Positions 41,391 to 51,735 of a stretch of DNA of 64,000 nucleotides are shown here, piece after piece. The position numbers and the translations under genes are program-made. The notes beneath the pieces are model-generated. The model ran no database searches. It was not told where the DNA came from and worked only from the letters and a program-made list of their open reading frames with translations. Positions within the stretch are counted from its first letter, which is position 1, and every line of letters begins with the position of its first letter. Origin of the DNA: Rhodothermales bacterium. GTDB lineage: Bacteria; Bacteroidota; Rhodothermia; Rhodothermales; Bin80. The stretch is from NCBI GenBank assembly GCA_965216255.1, contig OZ244148.1, forward strand, positions 838,623 to 902,622, read 5' to 3'.

Positions 41391-43556
41391 CTACAGTTGG
41401 GCTAGCGCCCACTCTGCCGCACGGCGCACCACATCCCGGGGAGAGACCACTGTCAGTGCGTCCCTAAGAAAGGCCTGCGTACTACCAACTGGGATGTTTC
41501 CCAGCGCCCGGAGCGCCTCGGCCTTAACCACATAGCTATCATCCTCTATGAAACGCTCCTTGAAATAGTCCGTTAGGCTGGCTTCCTTGAGCGCACCAAG
41601 CGACCGAAGTGCTTCGGCGCGTACATCCGAGTCTGCGTCAAGGCTTCTTTCCTTGAAAAAGGACGCAAGGGCAGCATTTTCCAATCGACCAAGCTGCCGT
41701 ATGCACGCCTCCCGTACATGCCAGAATACATCCTGCTCCGCCGACCGCCGAAGTTCGCTCACAACGTTGGCATCCTCCATTCGTTTGCCAAGCTGCTCGG
41801 CCGCCCAGCTGCGCCCAATAACGTCGTCGTGCGTGAGCTGATACATCAGGTCCTTCGTAGACTTCTCGAATGTCCACTCCTTGACGAGGTGATTGCCGGC
41901 ATCAAAGCGCACTAGAAGCGGAGCGTCCATATCCTCAAAATCAAACACTGCGGCGGCCTCCTCTATCCATATTGTCTCCACACGGTCTTCCGTTGCGGTC
42001 ACGATCCGCAGTGCAACAGGCATTCGAAATACCGGAACCCCCGCAGTCGTGTCCTGAACCTGGCGGACCGATAGGCGCAGGCTGCGGTCGCTGCCATTCC
42101 ACTCCTGTGCGATGTCAAGCACCGGGTGGCCGGGGCTGAATACCCATTGCTCGAAAAACCAGTCCAGATTCTGCCCGGTGGATTCCTTTATGGCCTTGGC
42201 AAAATCATGCGTATCGACAGGTTCGAAGGCATGCTTGTCGAGGAAGTAGGAAATTGCACGCAAGAAAGGCGCCTCCCCCATGACGGCTCGCAGCATCCCA
42301 AGCACAACTGCCCCTTTCTGATAGGTATGCCGATCAAAATTATCGTTTGGAACCTGCCACCTGTCAAATACGATGGGGCGCATATAGCGGGTTTGTGCCT
42401 CCTGCAAATAAGCATCCTTCTTGGCTAGCATATTGACGGCGCCTTCCTCCTCTCCATGGGCATGCCGCGCCCACAGGTACTCGCTGTAGGTGGCGAAACT
42501 CTCGCTCATCCATGTCTGCGGCCAGTCCCGATAGGAAACCAGGTTCCCCCACCACTGGTGCGCCGCCTCGTGCGCCACCAACCAATCACTCGGAAAATCC
42601 TGCTCAGCTGCCGCGTTATGAATCGTGGATTGGCCCAGCACCGTTGCCGTCGTACTCTCGGCTCCACCCCCTATGCCTGGTATCGTAATCTGGTCGTACT
42701 TTACCCACGGATATGGATACCCATATACGCTGCCAAGAAAGGAAACTATCTCGGGGGTCCGCTCAAAGGAGCGCATGGCATTGTCCACATCCTTGGGATA
42801 GACCCAGTAATTGATGGGCAGAGAGCCGAGTGAATCATGGAGCACTGCATACGGTCCGGCCACGGCAACATACAGGTACGTCGGATGCGGCAATTCCTGT
42901 AACCAGTGGTACGTATGCGTGCCGTCTTCGTGATCCGTTACCGACACCAGCCTTCCGTTCGAAAGAGCCTTATATGCAGATTGGACCGTAAGGAGCGTCT
43001 CGTTCGTGGCCCTGTCGTTCGGATGATCGTAGCAGGGCATCCAATGGCGCGCTCCTCGCGGAAACGACAGCGTATTGATGAGCTCGGGATTCCACTCGGT
43101 CTCCTCCTTGAAATCGATTCCCAGATCGTAGTCAGCAGACATTCCATAGGCTTCGGAATCAATGTCAACATTATCGGCGTGGTAGGCTACCGTAAAAATG
43201 AGGGTATCCCCGTAGCCATAAGCGCTCGGAAATTCAACGGCTAGCGTGCCCGGCTGCTGATCAAAGGCCAGTGCCGCTCCCGCCGCGTCCGTCACACCGT
43301 CAACGACGAATGTTTCGGCATCCAACACCGCATGCCGAAAGCCGTCGTGAAGCGGAGTAAGCCCAATGGTATTGGTTCCCCGAAACGAACGGGTCTTCTC
43401 ATTGAACGTGAGATGCACCCGGTAGTGCAAGGCATCGTATGTACGAGCCCGCTCGGCCCGCTTGGGCCGGGCATACGGATCTGTTTCCTGAGCCTGTAGC
43501 AGGCCGGGCGACTGAAGTAGCAGCGCCAACGTCAAGAAGCCAAATAGCGGTTTCAT
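41391..43556 (-). CDS. M1 family aminopeptidase with C-terminal HEAT repeats, secreted
   Basis: Signal peptide, GGAES (GAMEN-like), HEAAHQWWG (HEXXH), ESFATY and TYQKGA. Confidence 0.92.
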   Translation of the reverse strand: MKPLFGFLTLALLLQSPGLLQAQETDPYARPKRAERARTYDALHYRVHLTFNEKTRSFRGTNTIGLTPLHDGFRHAVLDAETFVVDGVTDAAGAALAFDQQPGTLAVEFPSAYGYGDTLIFTVAYHADNVDIDSEAYGMSADYDLGIDFKEETEWNPELINTLSFPRGARHWMPCYDHPNDRATNETLLTVQSAYKALSNGRLVSVTDHEDGTHTYHWLQELPHPTYLYVAVAGPYAVLHDSLGSLPINYWVYPKDVDNAMRSFERTPEIVSFLGSVYGYPYPWVKYDQITIPGIGGGAESTTATVLGQSTIHNAAAEQDFPSDWLVAHEAAHQWWGNLVSYRDWPQTWMSESFATYSEYLWARHAHGEEEGAVNMLAKKDAYLQEAQTRYMRPIVFDRWQVPNDNFDRHTYQKGAVVLGMLRAVMGEAPFLRAISYFLDKHAFEPVDTHDFAKAIKESTGQNLDWFFEQWVFSPGHPVLDIAQEWNGSDRSLRLSVRQVQDTTAGVPVFRMPVALRIVTATEDRVETIWIEEAAAVFDFEDMDAPLLVRFDAGNHLVKEWTFEKSTKDLMYQLTHDDVIGRSWAAEQLGKRMEDANVVSELRRSAEQDVFWHVREACIRQLGRLENAALASFFKERSLDADSDVRAEALRSLGALKEASLTDYFKERFIEDDSYVVKAEALRALGNIPVGSTQAFLRDALTVVSPRDVVRRAAEWALAQL

Positions 43557-43622
43557 CCTCGTGCGGGGTAGCGTACAAGCTCTTCACTGCGTATCCTTCA
43601 ACGCACTTTCTACATTCGGCTG

Positions 43623-44675
43623 ATGAGTTCGTTCTCCATACCCGAGGCCGTGACCGGTTGGCGCCCCCCTTCGGACTGGCCCACCTTTGTCGCTATTGAT
43701 GCCCACACCGAGGGCGAGCCGCTGCGCATCATCATTGGTGGATATCCGGAACTGGAAGGACCTACCATTCTGGACCGAAGACGCCAGGCCGCCTCCCGGT
43801 ACGACGAGCTACGCACGGCGCTGATGTGGGAACCGCGGGGACACGCAGATATGTACGGCTGCCTTATTGTACCGCCGGTCTCCCCGGAGGCAGACTTCGG
43901 CGTGCTGTTTCTGCACAATGAAGGCTACAGCACGATGTGCGGCCACGCCATCATTGCCGTGACGAAAGTAGCGCTTGAGACCGGATTGCTGCCAGGAGTA
44001 CCGCCTACAACGTGTGTACGTATCGATACCCCTGCGGGCCTGATCACGGCCTTCGCCGAACACGAAAACGGTACCGTACGCAATGTCAGGTTTCGCAACG
44101 TGCCTTCCTTCGTTCATAGTCTGGACCGCTGGGTGGATGTGCCTAGTCTCGGCCGAATTGCCTACGACATTGCGTTTGGCGGAGCATTCTACGCCTACGT
44201 GCGCGCAGAGGACGCAGGCGTGCGGTGCAGTCCAGAGCACCATGCGCTGCTTATTGAGCGAGGCATGGCCATAAAGCGGGCCATTACGGCCGGTGGCGAG
44301 ATCCGGCATCCTTTCGAGGCGGATCTTGGTTTTCTCTACGGCACCATCTTCATTGGAGAGCCGGAGGGGTCAGGCGCCCACAGCAGAAACGTATGCGTTT
44401 TTGCGGAAGGCGAAGTGGACCGCAGCCCCACAGGTACCGGTGTTAGCGGCCGAGTCGCACTGCACTATGCGCGTGGCGAAATAGACCTGGGCGAGCGGCT
44501 GGTGATCGAGAGTATCATAGGAAGCCGGTTTACCGTGCGTGCAGTCGAAGAGACCTCCTTCGGAACGTACCGCGCCATCATACCCGAGGTGGAAGGATGT
44601 GCCTACATCACGGGGCGCAACATGTTCTGCCTAGACCCTGCCGATCCGCTTCGGCACGGCTTTATCCTTCGCTGA
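43623..44675 (+). CDS. Proline racemase-family protein, predicted trans-3-hydroxy-L-proline dehydratase
   Basis: IDAHTEGEP, MCGH and DRSPTGTG, giving a Cys/Thr catalytic pair instead of Cys/Cys. Confidence 0.8.
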   Translation: MSSFSIPEAVTGWRPPSDWPTFVAIDAHTEGEPLRIIIGGYPELEGPTILDRRRQAASRYDELRTALMWEPRGHADMYGCLIVPPVSPEADFGVLFLHNEGYSTMCGHAIIAVTKVALETGLLPGVPPTTCVRIDTPAGLITAFAEHENGTVRNVRFRNVPSFVHSLDRWVDVPSLGRIAYDIAFGGAFYAYVRAEDAGVRCSPEHHALLIERGMAIKRAITAGGEIRHPFEADLGFLYGTIFIGEPEGSGAHSRNVCVFAEGEVDRSPTGTGVSGRVALHYARGEIDLGERLVIESIIGSRFTVRAVEETSFGTYRAIIPEVEGCAYITGRNMFCLDPADPLRHGFILR

Positions 44676-44688
44676 CGTTCGACCTACC

Positions 44689-45672
44689 ATGCCTTCCATT
44701 CGAGTGCTGTCCCGAGAGGTGGTGCAAAGAGCAGTCTCCATGAAGGAGGCCATTTACCTCATGCGTGATGCTTTTTCTTCCCTGTCCGCTGGAGACGTCA
44801 CTGTACCTATCCGTACTGGCGTGGCAATGCCGGAACACGAAGCACGTGCGCTGTTCATGCCCGTCTACGCTCCACGGGACGCCCGCCTGGGCCTTAAAGT
44901 AGTGGTGCTGAATCCCGGAAATCCCGGGCGCGGCCTCCCCTTCATTCACGCGCTGGTCATGGTGAGCGACGCCGCAAGTGGACGCCCCCTGGCTATCATG
45001 GACGGGGAATACCTTACGGCCCTGCGAACCGGGGCAGGTTCCGGACTGGCTACGCAGCTTCTTGCGCGCGAGGACGCAGAAGTTGCGGCCATATTCGGAG
45101 CAGGCGTGCAATCGCGCACGCAGCTTGAAGCGGTTTGCGCGGTGCGCCGCGTGCGCAAGGCTTACGTGTTTGGTCGCAGCAGAATGAACGCGGAGAACTT
45201 TGCCCGCGAAATGGCCGCGCGCCTGGACCTTGATATCGAACTGGCGCAGAGCCCGGAATGCCTGCGGGAGGCCGACATCGTATGTACCGCCACAACCTCG
45301 CTCAGCCCCGTGTTTGATGCCGAGCATCTAAAGGCTGGCTGCCATATCAATGGGGTGGGCTCCTACCGAGCGGACATGACCGAGATTCCACACGGCGCCG
45401 TCTTAAGAGCAAAGGTCGTTGTGGATCAGCGACAGGCCTGCCTTGCCGAGGCCGGCGACATAGTGGTGCCCATCCGGAAGGGGCTTATATCGGAGCATCA
45501 CATCCACGCCGAGCTCGGTGAAGTAATTTCCGGTGAAAAGTGCGGTCGCACCTCGACGGAGGAAATCACCTTGTTCAAGTCCGTTGGCAATGCCGTGCAG
45601 GACCTGGCCGTAGCCCAGCATCTGGCGGCGTTGGCAAAAGAGCAGGATCTGGGCGTGAGGGTCGAGCTATAG
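44689..45672 (+). CDS. Ornithine cyclodeaminase/mu-crystallin family, predicted delta1-pyrroline-2-carboxylate reductase
   Basis: [23 protein letters not shown] and [10 protein letters not shown]; 13 bp downstream of the dehydratase. Confidence 0.8.
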   Translation: MPSIRVLSREVVQRAVSMKEAIYLMRDAFSSLSAGDVTVPIRTGVAMPEHEARALFMPVYAPRDARLGLKVVVLNPGNPGRGLPFIHALVMVSDAASGRPLAIMDGEYLTALRTGAGSGLATQLLAREDAEVAAIFGAGVQSRTQLEAVCAVRRVRKAYVFGRSRMNAENFAREMAARLDLDIELAQSPECLREADIVCTATTSLSPVFDAEHLKAGCHINGVGSYRADMTEIPHGAVLRAKVVVDQRQACLAEAGDIVVPIRKGLISEHHIHAELGEVISGEKCGRTSTEEITLFKSVGNAVQDLAVAQHLAALAKEQDLGVRVEL

Positions 45673-45685
45673 CCAAAGGTGTTAC

Positions 45686-45943
45686 CTACGCACCCTCCAT
45701 TGCCTCTATGGACACCAGCGTTACGGCAATCCCCCACATGCGGGCGGACATGACGCCTTCCCGGACCCGAGCCTCAAAGTGGACGCGGAGTCCCTCTTGC
45801 TGAAAGGCCGCGTCAAGGCGCCCCGGATCATAGCGAGCCCCGTCGTCCGCACAAATACCGTAAAATTTGTCGGCTAGCTCCACGAAGGTGATGCTACCCG
45901 CGCCCCTGACCATTCCTTCTGTCTCCCGGTTGGCTGGCGGCAT
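45686..45943 (-). CDS. Small hypothetical beta-rich protein
   Basis: [36 protein letters not shown] pattern; fills the gap downstream of mnmA. Confidence 0.5.
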   Translation of the reverse strand: MPPANRETEGMVRGAGSITFVELADKFYGICADDGARYDPGRLDAAFQQEGLRVHFEARVREGVMSARMWGIAVTLVSIEAMEGA

Positions 45944-46007
45944 GAGCGGTATGGTCTCTGGTGCGCCGCGCGGCGCCGTCGTCACAAGGTCCGCGAAGCC
46001 GTGCGGG

Positions 46008-47144
46008 CTACCTGCTGGTGGATGCAGACACCCCGTCCTCCACGTGGTGGATCCATCCGCCTGCCAGCACATCGGCACCTTCATACAAGACCACCGACTG
46101 TCCCGGCGCGATGGCCCGTCGGCTTTCAACGAAGGAAACGGTGATTTCGTCGTCCAGGGTCTGGGACACCAAACAAGGAGCACCGGCGTCTCTGTAGCGA
46201 ATCCTGCCCGTTGCAGGGCGCTCTTCCCGCATGGCGGGGTACTTGATCAGGTTTATGCCCCGAGCGGTGAGGGTCTGCTGCAAGAGCTCCTCCCGCGGGC
46301 CAATCGTGACGGTGTTGGTCGCAGGATCTATCGCCGTCACGTACACCGCGTGCCCAAGCGAGAGGTTCAGGCCATGCCGCTGCCCAATCGTGTAGAAGGG
46401 ATAGCCGGCATGCCGGCCGACGACCGTGCCGTCGGAAAGCTCAAAACGCCCGCCTTCAACCCTGGCTTCCAGGCCATCCACGCGCTCGCGGAGAAACCGC
46501 CTGTAATCGTTGTCAGGTATAAAGCATATTTCGTAGGAGTCCGGCTTTGCGGCTACCCTGTCGAGCCCGAATTCTTCCGCCATGCGGCGGATTTCGGGCT
46601 TGGAATAGCTGCCCAGCGGGAATGTGGTGCGCGCCAGGTGTTCCTGCGGCAGGCCCCAGAGCGCATAGCTCTGGTCCTTATTGGCGTCCAGTCCGCAGGA
46701 TAAAATATACCGGCCCGAGTCCCGGTCATGCCGCACGCACGCGTAATGCCCCGTCGCGATCCTCTCGCAGCCCAGATCATCCGCGCGCTTCAGGAGTGCG
46801 GCCCACTTTATATGTGTGTTGCACAGCACACACGGATTTGGTGTCCTTCCGGAGATGTATTCCTGCGTAAATCGCTCAATCACCCAGTCTCCAAACTCCT
46901 CCCGGATGTCTACCACGAAATGGGTAAACCCATACTTCAAGGCAACCGAGCGCGCATCATTCATGGAGTCGAGCGTGCAGCACCCGACCTCCTTTCCCGT
47001 AGGCCTTCCGCTGCCCGTATAGTCCCATGTCTTCATCGTAAGGCCTACGACCTCGTAACCCTGCCGGCTGAGCATGACGGCCGCCACCGAGGAGTCAACC
47101 CCTCCGCTCATTGCTACAAGAATTCTGCCGTTCATGCCATGCAC
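46008..47144 (-). CDS. mnmA: tRNA 2-thiouridine(34) synthase MnmA
   Basis: SGGVDSS, PNPCVLCN, ATGHY, KDQSY and FYTIGQR. Confidence 0.96.
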   Translation of the reverse strand: MHGMNGRILVAMSGGVDSSVAAVMLSRQGYEVVGLTMKTWDYTGSGRPTGKEVGCCTLDSMNDARSVALKYGFTHFVVDIREEFGDWVIERFTQEYISGRTPNPCVLCNTHIKWAALLKRADDLGCERIATGHYACVRHDRDSGRYILSCGLDANKDQSYALWGLPQEHLARTTFPLGSYSKPEIRRMAEEFGLDRVAAKPDSYEICFIPDNDYRRFLRERVDGLEARVEGGRFELSDGTVVGRHAGYPFYTIGQRHGLNLSLGHAVYVTAIDPATNTVTIGPREELLQQTLTARGINLIKYPAMREERPATGRIRYRDAGAPCLVSQTLDDEITVSFVESRRAIAPGQSVVLYEGADVLAGGWIHHVEDGVSASTSR

Positions 47145-47183
47145 AGTGTCGTGGCGCCGCCAGCTTCAAGGGCCCAACCAATG

Positions 47184-47996
47184 CTAGAAAACATGTTTTG
47201 AGTATCCTCCGTCAACCGGGATGGCGGCACCCGTCACAAAAGCTGCCTGGCGGCTCGCCAGGAAGGTCACTACGGCCGCAAATTCCTCCGGCGTGGCGAT
47301 GCGGCGCAGCGCGGCACTCCTGGCCCAGCCAGCCTCGATCTCCTGGGCGGTCTTGCCGGTTCTGGCCATCAGGTCATCCACAAGGTGCCGCAACCGCTCC
47401 GTACGCGTGAAGCCCGGAAGCACCGTATTGACCGTAATACCCAGGGGGCCTACTTCCTCGGACAGGGTTTTGGCGAAGCCCTGGACACCTGCCCTGGCCG
47501 TATTGGAAAGGTACAACGTGCCAATGGGCTGCTTGGCCGCAATGGATGTTACCATGATGATGCGCGCAAGGCCGTCCTGCGACGACGCCCGCTTCAACTG
47601 CGGCAGCGCGTGCCGGCATAGATTGATTGTGCTGACAAGATTGAGTTCCAGTCCCGCCCGCCACGCCGAGGCATCAAAGTCGTCCACCATGCCCGTGGGA
47701 GGCCCTCCCGCATTGGTCACCAGAATGTGAAGTGCACCGAATGCACTGGCAACCTCTGATAACGCCGCGGCGATCTGCTCCTCTTTTGTGACGTCACACG
47801 CATAGGCAAGCACATTTTTCTGGGCAACGCCTGCCTGCCCGGCAACAAGCTGCGCAGCCGCCTCGATTCGTCCGCTGTCACGTGAGCAAATGGCTACGCG
47901 GCAACCTTCCCGGGCCATGGCCACGGCGGCCGCGAAGCCGAGACCGCTACTGGCTCCAGCTACAAACGCCACCTTGTCTTCAAGGCCTAAATCCAT
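47184..47996 (-). CDS. SDR family oxidoreductase
   Basis: GASSGLG, NAGG, SNTAR (atypical YxxxK) and VNTVLPG. Confidence 0.88.
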   Translation of the reverse strand: MDLGLEDKVAFVAGASSGLGFAAAVAMAREGCRVAICSRDSGRIEAAAQLVAGQAGVAQKNVLAYACDVTKEEQIAAALSEVASAFGALHILVTNAGGPPTGMVDDFDASAWRAGLELNLVSTINLCRHALPQLKRASSQDGLARIIMVTSIAAKQPIGTLYLSNTARAGVQGFAKTLSEEVGPLGITVNTVLPGFTRTERLRHLVDDLMARTGKTAQEIEAGWARSAALRRIATPEEFAAVVTFLASRQAAFVTGAAIPVDGGYSKHVF

Positions 47997-48159
47997 CCGT
48001 CCAATGTCTTGGCCTAACTCGCTGCCGGCACTTCCAGGGTGCTACCGGGCAGCACCAGTCCGCGTACCCGAAGCACAGCAGACAAAATTGTGCTTGCATT
48101 ATCCTCTCGCATAACGCATGTTCCCTTTGTTAGAGCAGACCACATCTACCAACAAAGAG

Positions 48160-48558
48160 ATGCCACACGCTAACACGGTGAACCGCTCTGTTGTGCGGAC
48201 CAAGCAAGCGCCGGCCGCAATCGGCCCCTACAGCCAAGGCATTCTGGTAGAGCCTACCCTCTTCTGCTCTGGGCAGATCGCTCTTGAGCCCAAATCAGCG
48301 TGCCTGATCTCCGGAGGCATCACAGAGGAGACCGAGCAGGTGCTGGAAAACATCAGCGCCATTTTGGGTGCCGCGGGCATGGACTTTGCCCACATCGTGC
48401 AGTGCCGGGTATACCTTACCAGTATGGACGATTTCGCCCAGTTCAACGACGTATATGCCCGCTATTTCAGCAACGCGCCGCCGGCTCGCGAGACCATCCA
48501 GGTAAGTGGGCTACCCCGCGGTGCGCGGGTAGAGATATCCTGCACTGCCGTGCGTTAG
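48160..48558 (+). CDS. RidA/YjgF family reactive intermediate deaminase
   Basis: APAAIGPYSQ, LFCSGQI, PPAR and LPRGARVEI. Confidence 0.92.
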   Translation: MPHANTVNRSVVRTKQAPAAIGPYSQGILVEPTLFCSGQIALEPKSACLISGGITEETEQVLENISAILGAAGMDFAHIVQCRVYLTSMDDFAQFNDVYARYFSNAPPARETIQVSGLPRGARVEISCTAVR

Positions 48559-49082
48559 GCTGCCAGCACGGCATGGACGGGCACACCGCTGGGCAGTCGG
48601 CGGCGCCCGGCCAGAGACGTGATTTCCAGCAAGAAGGACAAACCCACGACCTGGGCACCGCTACGCCCGACAAGTTCGCAGCTTGCTGCCGCCGTCCCGC
48701 CTGTTGCAAGTACGTCGTCGTGTATGAGAACACGATCCGCAGGAGTAAGGGCATCCGTATGCATTTCCATGGTGTCGGAGCCGTACTCCAGGGCGTAGGT
48801 CACACTGAAGGTATCAAAGGGAAGTTTGCCCTCTTTGCGCAAGGGAATAAATCCCGCTCCCAGGCAACGCGCCAACGCCCCGCCTAGCATGAATCCCCGG
48901 GCCTCGATCCCCACGACCCTGGTTACGCGGCCATGTGCCCAGGGTGCTTGCAGCGCCAACATGGCCGTCTCCAGGCGAAGTGGATCCCTCAGGATGGGTG
49001 TAATGTCCTGAAACAGGATTCCCGGCTTTGGGAAATCCGATACCGTCCGCAGGCTCTGCGCCAACTCCTTTAACGGGTCCAT
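48555..49082 (-). CDS. apt: Adenine phosphoribosyltransferase
   Basis: DFPKPGILFQDIT, GIEARGF, LEYG and HDDVLATGGT. Confidence 0.95.
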   Translation of the reverse strand: MDPLKELAQSLRTVSDFPKPGILFQDITPILRDPLRLETAMLALQAPWAHGRVTRVVGIEARGFMLGGALARCLGAGFIPLRKEGKLPFDTFSVTYALEYGSDTMEMHTDALTPADRVLIHDDVLATGGTAAASCELVGRSGAQVVGLSFLLEITSLAGRRRLPSGVPVHAVLAA

Positions 49083-49119
49083 GTACTTGCTGTACTGATG
49101 GGCACCGAAATATAGCGCC

Positions 49120-49737
49120 TTACCAGTCGTACTTCGACTCTACCCCAAGGAGCTCGTTCAGACGACGCCGTATAATCTCTTCCCGGAGCTGCTGGCGTTC
49201 GCTGTGCACGCGCTCTGCCTCCACCAATTCTTCCCGCAATTCGGCAATCCTTTCTTCCTCTAGTTGTTGCTTGAGTGCGAATATTTCGTCCAGCTTGTCA
49301 CGCAGGTCAGATTCCAAACGCTCCTTCTTGTCGCCGTCGGCGCGGCGTGCCGCCTGAGAAAGGGACCGTGCTTCACTCTCAAGTTTGGCCAGTCCGGAGC
49401 GCCGCAAAGCGTCGGCCTGCCCTTTCATCGCCAAGTGCTCGACGTCAAAGACCAGTTCATCGACCAGTTCCCGACCAAAGTCGTAACGCCCGGTGCCCTT
49501 CAGTCGGCGGCGTTTGATCGAGCCATCATCAATTTCTTCCAACCAATAACTCAGCTTGCCATCCTTGTCCACTTCGGTAATTACATGGACGCGGTCACCA
49601 TCTTCTGCCAGAACCACCACCGTCTTCTCCGAGGATTTCACCACCAACGTGTCGGCAGGCTCCTCCTGTGCAGCCGCTGGTGACGCGGCCAAGAAAGCCG
49701 GTACTGCAATGCATAGAAACGTGTGCTTTAACTTCAT
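49120..49737 (-). CDS. Secreted hypothetical protein with a C-terminal helical domain
   Basis: Signal peptide; C-terminus LDEIFALKQQ..IIRRRLNELLG; last gene of the ECF cassette. Confidence 0.75.
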   Translation of the reverse strand: MKLKHTFLCIAVPAFLAASPAAAQEEPADTLVVKSSEKTVVVLAEDGDRVHVITEVDKDGKLSYWLEEIDDGSIKRRRLKGTGRYDFGRELVDELVFDVEHLAMKGQADALRRSGLAKLESEARSLSQAARRADGDKKERLESDLRDKLDEIFALKQQLEEERIAELREELVEAERVHSERQQLREEIIRRRLNELLGVESKYDW

Positions 49738-49749
49738 GGGTGTGTCGCG

Positions 49750-50601
49750 CTATTGTGATTCAGACAGTATCTGGCGAAGACGAGCCTCAATGATTCGTTC
49801 CCGCTGCTGTTCCCGCTGGCCCATGCGCAGGCGCAGGGCACTGAGTTCATCCTCAAGTTGGGCAACTTCGCGCCGCCGGTTCTCCTGGATCAATCTAAAG
49901 CTTTGCTCCAGCAGCGCCCGCAACTGCTGTAGCCGCATGTTTCTTTCATCCCCCTCCTGAAGGCTCCTTATTTCAAAGGCAAGCTGTATGGTCTCCTGCT
50001 CAGCATCTGATTCTTCGATAAGGCGCACATAAAGCTCACGATTGCCTGCCTGCACATCCTGGAAATAGCGCTCAACCATCGCCGAGTAGCGTTGCTGTGC
50101 CTCCTGGAAGGCTGCCTGCCATACGGCCATGGCTTCCTGCCATTCCTGCATGGATGCCTCTTGCAACTCAGCAACTTCGAAGGGCGACGCCGGATCTCCG
50201 CCCTGAACACTGGCAATTTCCTGGCGAATACCGGCGATCCGTTCATCCAATTTGACACGCTGCTCTTGCAACTTCGCGCTCTGCCTCTCGAGCTTGGCAT
50301 GGTGTTTTTCTAGCTCGGTATCGTTGGCAGGCCTAAAGCGCTGATTCGTAACGACGAAGAGCCTGCCGTTTTGCCCAAAATAGCCGACACCCCCGTCGGC
50401 GATGCTGATATCCACGCTTATATCATGCACGTCCAACCCTACCGGCCATTGCTCTTTGGGCAATACGTCCCCGTTTACGCGAACCACACCATTGCGTATA
50501 ACCAGCCTTGTGCGCTGTGCCTCCACGGACGGTGGCGCAGAGCACAACACGCATATTACTACCCAAAACACGCGCCAAGTAATTCGTCGCTGACTATTCA
50601 T
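49750..50601 (-). CDS. Secreted coiled-coil hypothetical protein
   Basis: Signal peptide; C-terminus LEQSFRLIQE..IIEARLRQIL, similar to the downstream gene. Confidence 0.75.
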   Translation of the reverse strand: MNSQRRITWRVFWVVICVLCSAPPSVEAQRTRLVIRNGVVRVNGDVLPKEQWPVGLDVHDISVDISIADGGVGYFGQNGRLFVVTNQRFRPANDTELEKHHAKLERQSAKLQEQRVKLDERIAGIRQEIASVQGGDPASPFEVAELQEASMQEWQEAMAVWQAAFQEAQQRYSAMVERYFQDVQAGNRELYVRLIEESDAEQETIQLAFEIRSLQEGDERNMRLQQLRALLEQSFRLIQENRRREVAQLEDELSALRLRMGQREQQRERIIEARLRQILSESQ

Positions 50602-50602
50602 A

Positions 50603-51109
50603 TTACCTTGAGCTTGCCGTTTCTAAGCCGTCCCTGGTGCTGGCAGCCGACAGGGAATCAAGAGACAGGACATCCTTGTCGTCCCATAGCGCAACATCGC
50701 TGCGCGCACTCAAGGCACTGATACGGCTGTGAATGTCGATTAGACTACTCGCCTCATCCCATGACAGATCTTCCTGTATCGCACTGTCAGTAAGTTGCTG
50801 TTGCTGTTCGGATTCATGTAGGACCTTGAGTACGATCACGCTGATAGTCACAGCCGCAGCCATTGCCGCAGCGTAGGTGGCTATGCGGCGCACCTTGCGG
50901 CGAGGCCGCCGGGAAGCCATGCGCGCAATGCGGTCCACAACGCGCACATCCGGCTTGGTGACAGGCCGGAGTCGCTCCAGCATACGCTTCGTTTCTCCGA
51001 GGGCAAGGTACTCGGCCTTGGTTTGCTCGTCCTCGAGAATACACTCAAGCTCGTCCGCACTGAGGATTTCACCATAGAGGTGCTGTATAAGCCGTAACCG
51101 CTTGTCCAT
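50603..51109 (-). CDS. Putative membrane-anchored anti-sigma factor
   Basis: Immediately after the ECF sigma gene; N-terminal HLYGE..LE segment and a single TM (IATYAAAMAAAVTISVIVL). Confidence 0.6.
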   Translation of the reverse strand: MDKRLRLIQHLYGEILSADELECILEDEQTKAEYLALGETKRMLERLRPVTKPDVRVVDRIARMASRRPRRKVRRIATYAAAMAAAVTISVIVLKVLHESEQQQQLTDSAIQEDLSWDEASSLIDIHSRISALSARSDVALWDDKDVLSLDSLSAASTRDGLETASSR

Positions 51110-51123
51110 ATTGCGCTGGTTTG

Positions 51124-51735
51124 TTATAGCAGGGCCGCCATTTCAGCGGGTCTCTTTTTTTTTACATCCGACCGGAGATTCGTCATCCGTCGCAGGTTTA
51201 ACAGCGCGTAGCGCATGCGCCCAAGTGCCGTATTTATCGACACGTCGGTAAGTTCGGCAATTTCACGAAACGTCAACTCTGAGTCCTGCCTGAGGAGCAG
51301 CACTTCACGCTGCTCCGTGGGCAATCGATCAATGCACTGAGTCAGCCAAACCCTCCGCTCTTTGGCAGCAAGGACTTCATCCGGGGCCGGTGCATCCGTG
51401 CTTAGCCTGTCCCAGAAACCGTCCGAACCGGCAACATCGTGCCATTTGCTGCGGCTTCGAAAATGGTCCAGCGTTGCATTGCGTGCAATCCGCATGACCC
51501 AGGCCAGGAAGCGGCCCTGCTGCGCGTACGAGCCGCGCCTCCGCTGCAGGGCATCCAGGACGCGCACGAACGTGTCCTGAAACAGGTCATCGGCCAGATC
51601 ACGGTCCCGCACCATACCCAGAAGGTAGCCGTATACGGGTTCCTGGTGCCGCTCCACAAGCCGCCGAAATGCTGCGTGGTCGCCCCGGTCAAGGTACTGC
51701 TGCACAAGTTGATCGTCCGGAGGCTGCATAGCCAT
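51124..51735 (-). CDS. ECF RNA polymerase sigma factor
   Basis: DDLFQDTF region 2, WVMRIARN..LDHFR and region 4 LTFREIAELTDVSINTALGRMRYAL. Confidence 0.93.
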   Translation of the reverse strand: MAMQPPDDQLVQQYLDRGDHAAFRRLVERHQEPVYGYLLGMVRDRDLADDLFQDTFVRVLDALQRRRGSYAQQGRFLAWVMRIARNATLDHFRSRSKWHDVAGSDGFWDRLSTDAPAPDEVLAAKERRVWLTQCIDRLPTEQREVLLLRQDSELTFREIAELTDVSINTALGRMRYALLNLRRMTNLRSDVKKKRPAEMAALL

